From positions 32,001-96,000 of IMG/VR virus record IMGVR_UViG_3300023174_000094: a stretch of 64,000 nt of DNA, one strand, 5' to 3'. The position numbers and the translations under genes are program-made. Below are positions 38,315-47,286 of the stretch, one piece after another (the first letter of the stretch is position 1; each line of letters opens with the position of its first letter). The notes under the pieces are model-generated. The model saw only the letters and a list, made by a program, of their open reading frames with translations, ran no database searches and had not been told where the DNA came from. Source of the stretch: a virus.

Positions 38315-38648
38315 CATGGATTTTAATAACTATCAATTTAGAGCAGCGAAGACTGCTATCTATCCTAAAGAAGACCTTCAAGGTCTTCTGTACACTACCC
38401 TTGGTCTCGTATCAGAGGCTGGAGAAGTTGCTGGTAAGGTTAAAAAGATTATCCGTGATGACGAGAGTGTGATTAGTCCAGAGCGTCATGAGCAATTGAT
38501 TGATGAACTTGGTGATGTTCTTTGGTATTGTGCAATGATCGCTGATGAATTAAACATCACACTAGGATACGCAGCTGAGCGCAACATCTCTAAGCTTGAA
38601 GATCGCCAGAATAGAAATGTAATTGGTGGATCTGGCGATAATCGCTAG
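38307..38648 (+). CDS. MazG-like nucleotide pyrophosphohydrolase
   Basis: LGL..EAGEVA.KVKK...ELGDVLWY...N..KL..R. Confidence 0.9.
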   Translation: MSDMDFNNYQFRAAKTAIYPKEDLQGLLYTTLGLVSEAGEVAGKVKKIIRDDESVISPERHEQLIDELGDVLWYCAMIADELNITLGYAAERNISKLEDRQNRNVIGGSGDNR

Positions 38649-38665
38649 CATCTGAGGTATTGATC

Positions 38666-38764
38666 ATGGTTGTGATAGGTGCCAGAGCATATAAGTGTCC
38701 GTGTAAAAAAGTAATTCCTCAGGAGCCAGAATGTGGTGACAGAGGTGTGGAAGAGGATGATTAG
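38666..38764 (+). CDS. Small Cys-containing protein (32 aa)
   Basis: Read manually: MVVIGARAYKCPCKKVIPQEPECGDRGVEEDD; SD GAGGT; stop overlaps next GTG. Confidence 0.5.
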   Translation: MVVIGARAYKCPCKKVIPQEPECGDRGVEEDD

Positions 38765-39066
38765 TGAAAAGAACAGAAAAAGAAGAAATTAAGCGTGATG
38801 GTGCAAAAGCAGTCAAGAATTCTGGTCGTGGAATTAGGAAGGGAGATGCTTCTCTTCATAAATTCTTGGTTGATTACAAGCACAATGCTAAAACTTTTAC
38901 GCTTACATTAAAAGCTTGGACTAAGATGAGAAAAGATGCTTTTAATGCTAACTATAAATATCCATGCATTTCTGTTGTGTTCGGAGAGAATTCCGAGACA
39001 AAAGTAGCTATAATTGACTGGGAAGTGTTCCAAGATTTAGTGAAAGGAAGTGATTATGAAGATTAA
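38764..39066 (+). CDS. Holliday-junction resolvase-like PD-(D/E)XK nuclease
   Basis: E.......NSGRG..KGD......VDYK. Confidence 0.65.
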   Translation: MKRTEKEEIKRDGAKAVKNSGRGIRKGDASLHKFLVDYKHNAKTFTLTLKAWTKMRKDAFNANYKYPCISVVFGENSETKVAIIDWEVFQDLVKGSDYED

Positions 39067-39232
39067 ATTATTTTGTGACAGATTGTCTGGTCATAAATGT
39101 ATTGGTCTAACACTTGGTCATGATGAGCTTTATATTGGGGTCAATCTTGTTTTTTGGATGATTGGTATTGCAAAAGTTTATCCACCATATCAAGCGACTA
39201 TTTTTACAGAAGATTTGAGGAAAGATGCCTGA
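39056..39232 (+). CDS. Hypothetical protein
   Basis: ORF tiling the operon. Confidence 0.55.
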   Translation: MKIKLFCDRLSGHKCIGLTLGHDELYIGVNLVFWMIGIAKVYPPYQATIFTEDLRKDA

Positions 39233-39542
39233 CATTATTGTTGATACAGCGGTTCTTGCTGAGCAAATGGGTGAAAAAGCTGATGAGTTTATTGAATGCA
39301 TCAAGATAGTTCAAGATATCATTGAGAATCCACAGGATTACATCGGTATGCAAGCTATTAAATATGCCAATATCCTCTCAGGTTACAGAACGCTTATGAT
39401 AGTTAAATCACAAGCCTTTAAAAGAAGATCTACTATTATGAGCGAACAAGATAAGTTTGTTAATGATATTTGGAAGACAATGTACGAAGCACTAACAGAA
39501 AATATCAATGCCCTTAAATTAGCGGCAAGAGGAGTAAATTAA
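39225..39542 (+). CDS. Hypothetical helical protein
   Basis: SD GAGG; tiles operon before Cas4-like gene. Confidence 0.65.
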   Translation: MPDIIVDTAVLAEQMGEKADEFIECIKIVQDIIENPQDYIGMQAIKYANILSGYRTLMIVKSQAFKRRSTIMSEQDKFVNDIWKTMYEALTENINALKLAARGVN

Positions 39543-40286
39543 ATGAAGGCATTAAAGCAATTAAGGGCTCCTAAAGCAGTAGCGCCAGTGAGTGAAGAAG
39601 TTGTTATGAAAGACCTGGTTGAGGCTATTAACGAGCATCTCGCCCTGAGAAATACCCCATCTTTTAAAAAAGTTAATGGGTTTCATCCTAGTTATACCAA
39701 TCAGTGTGCAAGATACTGGTATTACATGTTTGAAGGAATTAGTGTAACTCCATCATTTAATCCTCAGACTTATCGTATTTTTGATAATGGACATGCTGTT
39801 CATGAAAGACTTTATAGCTATCTGAGAGACATGGGTATCCTTGTAGCAGAAGAAATTCGTGTAACTCATGAAGATCCGCCAATTGAAGGTACTGCAGATG
39901 GTATAATTAATTGGTATGGTGAAAAACTAATTGAGCTAAAATCAATTAGTCAAGAAGGCTTTCACTATAGACAATTACATAACAAACCAAAAGACGAACA
40001 TTACCGACAAGCCCAAATTTACATGGAATGCTTGAACCTGGATTCAGGTTTTGTCATTTACGAAAACAAAAATAATCAGGAGATCCTTCCAATCTTTATT
40101 GAAAGAGATCAACCGTTTATTGATAAATTATTTAAAAAGTATAGGAAGTTTCATGGTGCTTATTTGAGCAAAGAAATTCCTGTACAGCCATACAAGAGAA
40201 GCTCGGCTAACTGCTCTTCTTGTGATTTGGCAAAGCACTGCTGGGCAGAAGGAGAGCAAAATGAAAGTGAGGACACCCCGTTCTGA
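39543..40286 (+). CDS. Cas4-family (PD-(D/E)XK, Fe-S) exonuclease
   Basis: C.R, G...H, GTADG, IELKS, Q...Y, CxxCx5C. Confidence 0.85.
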   Translation: MKALKQLRAPKAVAPVSEEVVMKDLVEAINEHLALRNTPSFKKVNGFHPSYTNQCARYWYYMFEGISVTPSFNPQTYRIFDNGHAVHERLYSYLRDMGILVAEEIRVTHEDPPIEGTADGIINWYGEKLIELKSISQEGFHYRQLHNKPKDEHYRQAQIYMECLNLDSGFVIYENKNNQEILPIFIERDQPFIDKLFKKYRKFHGAYLSKEIPVQPYKRSSANCSSCDLAKHCWAEGEQNESEDTPF

Positions 40287-40302
40287 TTTTGCAAATGAGT
40301 AA

Positions 40303-40614
40303 ATGGTTAATGAAGAAACAAAGATTTGTGCCTATGAAGAGTGCAATAAAAAATTTAAAGCAAAAGTGTATAATGCTATTTATTGCTCTGCAGAATGCCG
40401 CAAAGTTGTAACTAATAGAAATTTATTAGCTAGCTATTACGAAAAGAAAAATAATAAAAATAAAAAAAGAATTTGTAAAACTAAAAATTGCACAACAGTG
40501 CTTTCAAGATATAATAAAGAAAATATTTGTGAGCAGTGTAAAAAAGAAAGATTTGTCCAAAGACTTGTGTCCTGGGGCTGGTCGGAGAAAGAAGTTAGAA
40601 GGGGCGTTGAATGA
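40303..40614 (+). CDS. Cys-rich Zn-binding protein
   Basis: C....C, YCS.EC, C....C, C..C. Confidence 0.65.
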   Translation: MVNEETKICAYEECNKKFKAKVYNAIYCSAECRKVVTNRNLLASYYEKKNNKNKKRICKTKNCTTVLSRYNKENICEQCKKERFVQRLVSWGWSEKEVRRGVE

Positions 40615-41210
40615 CGCTTCGTTCTTTAGTTTCCTCTATCAAAGAGGATAGGGTTTTAGCAATTGATCCCGCCTCTCACTCTCTAGCCTGGGTTATTTAT
40701 GATGTAAGTCTTGATAAGATTAATCTGGTTGCCTCTGGCAAGATTGATTATAAAAAAGATAAGGACATATCGCTTAAGTTTAAAGCTATAGATAGTGGTC
40801 TTACTTATCTAGTACAGGAGTTTAAACCTAAGCATGCGATTATTGAACAGTCAATTTATGTACAGAATTTTGAAACGAGCAGGATTATCTCGTATATTAT
40901 TGGCTACAGTTGGGGAGTTCTCAGCGCTGGAGGATGCCAGGTTTCGGATGTAAATCCTTTAATGTGGAAATCTGGAATTGGATACAAGAATCTGGGCAAG
41001 AAGGATGCGGAAGCTCTCATTAACAACGGAGAGAAGGGTTCTCTCCAGATTAAACAAAAGAATGAGAGAAAGAAGCGTGTGCGAGATATTGTAAGAAATT
41101 ATTTTGCTACAGACGACATTAATATAGATGATGATGATATTATAGACGCTGCAGGTATTGGATTATGGTATTCTTTAAAAAAGATACGAGAGGTCAATAA
41201 TGGCAAATGA
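40611..41210 (+). CDS. RuvC-like resolvase
   Basis: LAIDP, IIE, P..WK, DD..DA..IG. Confidence 0.8.
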   Translation: MTLRSLVSSIKEDRVLAIDPASHSLAWVIYDVSLDKINLVASGKIDYKKDKDISLKFKAIDSGLTYLVQEFKPKHAIIEQSIYVQNFETSRIISYIIGYSWGVLSAGGCQVSDVNPLMWKSGIGYKNLGKKDAEALINNGEKGSLQIKQKNERKKRVRDIVRNYFATDDINIDDDDIIDAAGIGLWYSLKKIREVNNGK

Positions 41211-41502
41211 GCCTTATAAAGATAAAGCTTTTTTGTATGAAATGTATGTTCAAAGAAGATTGAACTTAACTGATATTTGCAAGCATTTAAAAGATACTTA
41301 TAACATTGAGGTTACTCCTCAGGCTATTTATAACTGGGTGAAGAAATATGACTTACTCAAGTTTAGAGGAAAAGGAAGAAATCTTAGTGGTAATACTCAG
41401 CAGCAAAAGCGTGAGAAGTCACCAATGCAAATAGAGTCCGAGAGAAGGAAACGAGAGATGAGAAAACGAGCTCAGCATAACAAGAAAATGAGGGGAAGAT
41501 GA
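41200..41502 (+). CDS. HTH DNA-binding protein
   Basis: YKDK.FL..MY......TDI...VT.QAIYNWVKKY; basic tail. Confidence 0.65.
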   Translation: MANEPYKDKAFLYEMYVQRRLNLTDICKHLKDTYNIEVTPQAIYNWVKKYDLLKFRGKGRNLSGNTQQQKREKSPMQIESERRKREMRKRAQHNKKMRGR

Positions 41503-42260
41503 GAAGGTCGGTTACTACCAAAGATATTAATTCTTTTTCAAAACTCAACATGATTTATAATCAGGTCAGAGTTATTGAAGCCAAGATGAATCAAACAGAC
41601 TACAAGTGCCTGGGCTCAGGTAAGTGCTGTCATATTGGTCTGTCCATACATATGGCAGAGTGTGCCAATATCGCTTTCAACTTAAGACAACAATATTATC
41701 TATACCTTGAAGATAAGGGTTACGAGTTCGCTGATAACTGGATTGATGGCGTTACCGAAGACCTTAAGGCTGCAATGTATGACGACAGTTGGCAAATCGG
41801 TGGTGAATCAAAGAGGCTGTGCGCATTTTATAAAGGTGGTTGCTCTATCTATGGATACAGACCAATGGTGTGCCGCACATTCGGTACAATAACAACAGTT
41901 GATGATTATTGCCCAAGAATTAGAAATGCCCAAGGCTCAATTGACTATTTTAGTGGTGAAGGCGTAAAGAAAATAATCAAGATGTTCCAGGATTTTCTTA
42001 AGGAGTATACAAGAGATAAAGACAATGGTTATGATATGACCGTCTATATGCCATTAGGTGTATTAAGTTTCTTACTTGAGCCAGAAGAGCTCTACGATCT
42101 TCAGGATAAAACTGATCCGAAGTTCTGGAAGGCTGTTGATGGATGGGTTAACTACCGAGTTGAGTATATAAAAATGCATGGATACGATCATGATGTTCTT
42201 GAAAAAGAAGCAGAAATTATCGGTGTCCCATTAAGGTTTCCTAAACTAGAAACAAAGTAA
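41499..42260 (+). CDS. YkgJ / FliB-like Cys-cluster protein
   Basis: CLGSGKCC...CAFY...CSIY..RP.VCR.F. Confidence 0.75.
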   Translation: MRRSVTTKDINSFSKLNMIYNQVRVIEAKMNQTDYKCLGSGKCCHIGLSIHMAECANIAFNLRQQYYLYLEDKGYEFADNWIDGVTEDLKAAMYDDSWQIGGESKRLCAFYKGGCSIYGYRPMVCRTFGTITTVDDYCPRIRNAQGSIDYFSGEGVKKIIKMFQDFLKEYTRDKDNGYDMTVYMPLGVLSFLLEPEELYDLQDKTDPKFWKAVDGWVNYRVEYIKMHGYDHDVLEKEAEIIGVPLRFPKLETK

Positions 42261-43324
42261 TGATAGTTTGGTCGGATAATCAGCATTCAAGAGTAAGTGT
42301 TGGTTATGGTTATGTACCAGATCGTTTATATCCTTGCCTTAAAAAATCTGGTCTGCCGATTGAAAGAAGAACTCCAGAAACACCAGAGGAGTTTACTGAT
42401 TTATTTAATACAATTAGTTTAGGATACTTTTCTGAAATATACGGTAGTGATAAGATTTTAATCAATCATTCAATGCCAGAAGCATTTGTTAAATCATCTC
42501 TTTATTCAATCGGGTTTACATACTGGGAAACAAACAGACTGCCAGAGAGCTGGGTTCGGGATTGTAACAAAATGGATGAAGTATGGACTTGCTCTAAGTT
42601 TATGCAGGATGTTTTTGTTAAATCAGGAGTTAATGTTCCTGTTCATGGATTTAAGCTAGGCATTGATCCAGATCTTTATTTCCCGTCAAGAAGATATGCT
42701 CATAATCAATTTACATTTCTGTCCATTGGCTCCCCATCTACCCGTAAGAACTCTCAGGTGAGCGTAGACGCTTTTTTAAAGCTGTTTAATGGGAATGATG
42801 AGTATCGTCTTATTTATAAATCAAATGGTGCTCCAGACGCTCGTAATTATGCCAATGGTGTAATGCTGGGGGAGCTTGATCATCCCCAGATAGAGATAAT
42901 TGATGAAGAGCTATCTCATAGCGATCTAGCAAAACTTTATGACGAGGCAGACTGTTTATTGTATCCAACAAGTGGAGAGGGATGGGGAATTATTCCATTT
43001 CAGGCGATTGCTAAAGGCATCCCTACTATCTGCACTAACGCAACAGCCTGTGAAGAGTATGCTTATATGTCTGTTCCGCTAGATTATGAATGGTCTCAGG
43101 ATAAAATGTCTGGCATATATGAGAACGCTGGATTCTGGGCAAAGCCAAATTTTGATGATTTATGTGATAAAATGTTATATGTAGTTAACAACTACGATAA
43201 GGTTTCAAAAAAGACTTTTTCTAGTGCTGAGTATATAAATAAAAATATGACTTGGGAAGATGTCTCAAAGGATTACACAAATAGATTATGTCAGATATTG
43301 AAAGATACCAAGGCGAAACATTAA
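42260..43324 (+). CDS. Glycosyltransferase family 4 (GT-B)
   Basis: WET..LP..W, DEVW, RK, YPTSGEGWGIIPFQAIAKGIP; paralog of 37058..38314. Confidence 0.85.
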   Translation: MIVWSDNQHSRVSVGYGYVPDRLYPCLKKSGLPIERRTPETPEEFTDLFNTISLGYFSEIYGSDKILINHSMPEAFVKSSLYSIGFTYWETNRLPESWVRDCNKMDEVWTCSKFMQDVFVKSGVNVPVHGFKLGIDPDLYFPSRRYAHNQFTFLSIGSPSTRKNSQVSVDAFLKLFNGNDEYRLIYKSNGAPDARNYANGVMLGELDHPQIEIIDEELSHSDLAKLYDEADCLLYPTSGEGWGIIPFQAIAKGIPTICTNATACEEYAYMSVPLDYEWSQDKMSGIYENAGFWAKPNFDDLCDKMLYVVNNYDKVSKKTFSSAEYINKNMTWEDVSKDYTNRLCQILKDTKAKH

Positions 43325-43839
43325 TTGATGAAATAAAGAAGGTGGAAGAAGTCGGTCTTCTTTATGTAAAAGGCTACTCTTATTCTGAGATAGCTCAATT
43401 ACTCTCGCAACCAATTGAAAAAACAAAAAATTACATAAAAGAATATAAGAAAATACTCAACCGACAGGCTGAGGATGACCCATATTTTCTTGAGAAATTG
43501 CAGTTCAATACAATCAAGGCTTTGCAGGAGTTTGATCAACTAAGTAAAGAAGCCTGGGAAACTGTAAATATTGCTACAGATCATGGCATGGTTCCTGCAA
43601 GAATTCAGGCTATTAAATTAGCTGGCGAGCTTGCTACTAAGAAAGCTCAATTGCATAAGCTTTTGAGTGGTACACAAGCGGATAATGTGTACATAGAAAG
43701 AATGCAGAAAGCAGAGAATGTTAATCAGATGCTTTCTAAGGTACTCAGGGATGTTATTGCTAAGCACCCAGAAATTGCTAATGAAGTTCGTAAAGAACTT
43801 GAAATAGCATTTGCAATTATGAATCCAGATGAGAGCTAA
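43288..43839 (+). CDS. Putative terminase small subunit
   Basis: N-terminal HTH (KGYSYSEIAQLL), helical body, immediately upstream of terL. Confidence 0.6.
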   Translation: MSDIERYQGETLIDEIKKVEEVGLLYVKGYSYSEIAQLLSQPIEKTKNYIKEYKKILNRQAEDDPYFLEKLQFNTIKALQEFDQLSKEAWETVNIATDHGMVPARIQAIKLAGELATKKAQLHKLLSGTQADNVYIERMQKAENVNQMLSKVLRDVIAKHPEIANEVRKELEIAFAIMNPDES

Positions 43840-43862
43840 AAAATGTTTATTTTTAACGCTAC

Positions 43863-43918
43863 CATAAAGGTACAAAAACCTCTTTTTTTTACACCGTCAC
43901 ATAAAGGTACAGAAAGCC
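43863..43918 (+). repeat. Direct repeat CATAAAGGTACA x2 (37-bp period)
   Basis: 43863-43874 and 43900-43911 in the terS-terL gap. Confidence 0.8.
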
Positions 43919-43957
43919 AGATGAAGAAACAGCTCACGCATACAGGTGGTGATTCAC

Positions 43958-45688
43958 ATGAGTGATTTCGTTGGAATGAATCTTGACTTAAAAGATTTTG
44001 ATCGTCTTTTGCGTCAAGATGATCTTATAGAAACACCTGTTGATATTCAAACATTTGTACAAGATAAAGAATACCTGGGTTTACCTCCACTTTCGGATAT
44101 TCAATTGGAAATTGTAAGACATTCTACACAGATTTTCAAAGAGCGTACATTAATTGCAATGTATGGTGAAGAAGAAGGAAAGAGATGGTATAAAGAATAT
44201 ACTGATAATGAAGTTATTTGTATGCTTGGTAAAGGTTCTGGTAAAGACCATTGCGCAAGAATATCAATGGCTTATACAGTATATCTAATTCATTGCCTTA
44301 GAGATCCGTTAATTTATTACGGTAAGGCTCATGGTGTTTATATTGACTTGCTAAACCTAGCTGTTAATGCTCAGCAAGCACAAAGAGTATTTTTTGAACC
44401 ATTTAAAAACTTATTATTGAGATCTCCTTACTTTAACCGAGTTGGATTTGAACCAAGAGTATCAGAAATATTTTTCTTTTCACGCCCTGTTAGATGTTTT
44501 TCTGGTCACTCTGAATCTGAAGGTTGGGAAGGTTATGAAGTAATGACAATCATTTTGGATGAAATTGCAGCTTTTAAAACTGATGCGGAATTGCGTGGAG
44601 AAACAAGATCAAAAGGTTCTGCGTCTGCGATTTATAACATGTCTAAGCTTTCTATTATGTCTCGCTTTCCAGAAATAGGTAAAGTAATTCTTTTGTCATT
44701 CCCTCGTTATAAAGGTGACTTTATTCAACAAAGATTTATTAACTCTAGAGAAAAGAAAGAGCCAAAAACTTGGTCAATTAAAGCTGCAACATGGGAAGTA
44801 AACCCTACGATTAAGCGTGAACAATTGGAATCGGAATATATTAGAAATCCAGTTGAAGCAAGAAGTCGTTTTGAATGTGAACCTCCAAACATGGAAGATG
44901 CTTACTTTAGAGATCCAGATTTAGTTAGAAAAGCATTTATGTATAACGAAGATCCAATGGATGAAGATGGTAATTTTAAAAATTGGTTTAATGGCACTGA
45001 TGCTCAAGTTAGATTTATTCATATAGACTTGGCTTTGAAGCGAGATAGAGCTGCACTTAGCATGGTTCATTCTCCAGGATTTAAAGAGATTAAAACATTG
45101 GGCGGGATTGAAAAATTGCCTGTGGTTAATGTTGACTTAGTTTATTCATGGGAAGCAAGTATTAACCAAGAAATTAATTTCTCTTCTATTAGGCAAATGA
45201 TTGTTGATTTGTGTAGAAAATTTGATGTTGCTAAGGTTACATTTGACCGTTGGCAATCTATTGAAATGATTCAGAGCCTAAGAGCTCAAGGTATTAATGC
45301 TGATTTCCATTCCGTAAAGAAAACGGATTATGACACTTTAATGACTGCTATTTATGATACAAGATTGCGTGGATATTGGAATGAGTTGTTGGTTGAAGAA
45401 GAACTCTTGAAATTAAGATTATTTGGAAATAATAAAATTGACCACCCTAATAGTGGTTCAAAAGACTTAGCTGATGCTGTTACTGGTGCGACATTCGTTT
45501 GTATTGAGAATATGGTTATTGATGGCGAAGTGGAAATTGAAATATTAACACCAGATAAATATTATGAAGAGAATGAGGATATTCCTGAATTTGGCACTGT
45601 AAGAGTGTATAATAGCGAGGTTGGGCAATTTAGTCCTGGATATAGTAAAGAAACGATAGAGGCAGAAAAATGGCTGGAAACATTATAG
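43958..45688 (+). CDS. terL: Terminase large subunit
   Basis: Walker A GKGSGKD, Walker B IILDE, nuclease IHIDLA, TFDRWQS, DHP..GSKDLADA. Confidence 0.9.
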   Translation: MSDFVGMNLDLKDFDRLLRQDDLIETPVDIQTFVQDKEYLGLPPLSDIQLEIVRHSTQIFKERTLIAMYGEEEGKRWYKEYTDNEVICMLGKGSGKDHCARISMAYTVYLIHCLRDPLIYYGKAHGVYIDLLNLAVNAQQAQRVFFEPFKNLLLRSPYFNRVGFEPRVSEIFFFSRPVRCFSGHSESEGWEGYEVMTIILDEIAAFKTDAELRGETRSKGSASAIYNMSKLSIMSRFPEIGKVILLSFPRYKGDFIQQRFINSREKKEPKTWSIKAATWEVNPTIKREQLESEYIRNPVEARSRFECEPPNMEDAYFRDPDLVRKAFMYNEDPMDEDGNFKNWFNGTDAQVRFIHIDLALKRDRAALSMVHSPGFKEIKTLGGIEKLPVVNVDLVYSWEASINQEINFSSIRQMIVDLCRKFDVAKVTFDRWQSIEMIQSLRAQGINADFHSVKKTDYDTLMTAIYDTRLRGYWNELLVEEELLKLRLFGNNKIDHPNSGSKDLADAVTGATFVCIENMVIDGEVEIEILTPDKYYEENEDIPEFGTVRVYNSEVGQFSPGYSKETIEAEKWLETL

Positions 45689-45849
45689 ATAATATTCAAA
45701 TTACCCATGAGGAAGTTACTCAGCATTTGTTAAGACAAATGTCTATTATTCAGTTTGACCTGGCTGTTGCTAGGGCTGAGAATGATAAGCTGAAGCAAGT
45801 GCTTAATGATAGCGTAATAAATAATATCTCCAAATATACTGAGGATTAA
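45670..45849 (+). CDS. Small coiled-coil protein (59 aa)
   Basis: Read manually: MAGNIIDNIQITHEEVTQHLLRQMSIIQFDLAVARAENDKLKQ... Confidence 0.6.
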   Translation: MAGNIIDNIQITHEEVTQHLLRQMSIIQFDLAVARAENDKLKQVLNDSVINNISKYTED

Positions 45850-45984
45850 AAAAATTATTGAAAAGAAATAACTTTTTTCGCCTAGAGCGAGTTTTTTGTT
45901 TCTATGTCTGATAGATTCTCTTTTGTAATAAACAGTGGTTAATTGACCACTGACCATAAACCTTAAAACACATAGGAGAGTAAT

Positions 45985-46350
45985 ATGTTCCAAGTAAATA
46001 AAGTAGATAGCCTTCCTGAAATTTCTAGAGCAGGTCGTAAATCTGAAGAATTGAATGCAATTATTGATGCGCTTAAAATGTCAGCTAATACTAATGCAGT
46101 GTTTAATATTGTAGGTATTAAAGCTGGTAATGCTTATAATTCAATGCAACAAAGAGTTCGTGCCCAGGCTAAGAAGTTGGGTTACAAGATTGTAATTCGT
46201 TTTGATTCAGTTAATGAAACTCTTTATTTTAAGGCTTCACAGAGCGGTTCAGATAAAGGTACAGCAACCACTGAATCCACAAGCAAGACAAATGTTACAG
46301 CAAAAGAAGTAGCTGGGATTAAGACAACAAGTAAGATTAAGACAAAATAA
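45985..46350 (+). CDS. Small basic protein, possibly DNA-binding
   Basis: Strong SD AGGAG; LPEISRAGRK; Lys/Thr-rich tail; own terminator. Confidence 0.6.
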   Translation: MFQVNKVDSLPEISRAGRKSEELNAIIDALKMSANTNAVFNIVGIKAGNAYNSMQQRVRAQAKKLGYKIVIRFDSVNETLYFKASQSGSDKGTATTESTSKTNVTAKEVAGIKTTSKIKTK

Positions 46351-46372
46351 TTTTACCAAAAATTAATTCCAT

Positions 46373-46408
46373 AAAGCCCCTCGCAAACCATGCGAGGGGC
46401 TTTTATTT
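46373..46408 (+). terminator. Intrinsic terminator
   Basis: aaagcccctcgca/tgcgaggggcttt followed by T-tract. Confidence 0.85.
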
Positions 46409-46425
46409 ATGTTAATATAATAGTT

Positions 46426-47286
46426 ATGCTTACAACTGAACCACAACAAATTGAAATATCGGGTGAAGATATAGAATCATGGGTGCCTATGTTTGGTATT
46501 CCATGTTATGACAGACAATTGACTGAACCTTTCTTTATGTCATTTGTTCAGATGGCAATGTATTTTAAAGAAATTGGATTGAAGTTCGCAGCGAGTACGA
46601 TTACTGATTCTCTTATTAATAGAGCTAGAAATAACCTGGTAGCCAAGTTTATGGCTAACCCAAACTTTACTCATTTGATATTCCTTGATGTTGATCTTGG
46701 GTTTCAAAAAGAAGATATTTTAAAACTACTTTGGCATGATAAAGATGTTGTTACTGGTTCATATCCGATTAAGGATATCAACTGGGATAAAGTTGTTGCC
46801 AATGTAAATAATAATGTTGAGGCAAAAGATTTGGCAAAGAAATCAACAAGATTTGTAGTAAATCCTGTTCGTGTTGGTGCTAATACAATTGCTACAGATA
46901 ATGGTGCTATTTCAGTTCATGATGCGGGTACTGGTTTTATGTGCATTAAAAGATCGGTATTTGAAAAGATGATTGAAGCATATCCTGATCTAAAATTTAT
47001 TGATGACACAGGTAGCATGAAGGGTGATGAGAGAGATTATACTTATGCTTTCTTTAATTCTTTTGTAGATGAAGATAAAAGGTTTGTGTCTGAGGATTAT
47101 GGATTCTGTAGATATTGGCAGAAGCTTGATGGTAAAATTTGGGTTGATCCATCTATTGAAATTACCCATTTAGGTAGATATTTGTATGAAGGTAATATGA
47201 TTGAGCACCTTGTGAGTATATCCAAGGATAACGCAAAAGATACAACTGAAAAGTTGAAACCGACTGGAAAAAGGAAAAAGAAGTAA
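46426..47286 (+). CDS. GT-A fold glycosyltransferase-like protein
   Basis: PCY, SLINRARN, THLIFLDVD, GTGFMCIKR.VF, SEDYGFC, H.G; TGTTAATAT 7 nt upstream. Confidence 0.75.
   Translation: MLTTEPQQIEISGEDIESWVPMFGIPCYDRQLTEPFFMSFVQMAMYFKEIGLKFAASTITDSLINRARNNLVAKFMANPNFTHLIFLDVDLGFQKEDILKLLWHDKDVVTGSYPIKDINWDKVVANVNNNVEAKDLAKKSTRFVVNPVRVGANTIATDNGAISVHDAGTGFMCIKRSVFEKMIEAYPDLKFIDDTGSMKGDERDYTYAFFNSFVDEDKRFVSEDYGFCRYWQKLDGKIWVDPSIEITHLGRYLYEGNMIEHLVSISKDNAKDTTEKLKPTGKRKKK

Noticed and set aside
31053-38648. 2-aminoadenine (Z) genome pathway suggested by MazG plus a nucleotidase
   Set aside because: No PurZ and no HD-type dATPase in the window; the nucleotidase is HAD-type and the polymerase is DnaE.
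39543-40286. Cas4-like gene as evidence of CRISPR-Cas
   Set aside because: No repeat-spacer array or other cas genes seen; solo Cas4-family nucleases are common in phage recombination modules.
28057-45688. Inteins or introns in dnaB, dnaE, recA or terL
   Set aside because: Lengths are ordinary, ORFs are continuous, and no intein-like insertion was seen.
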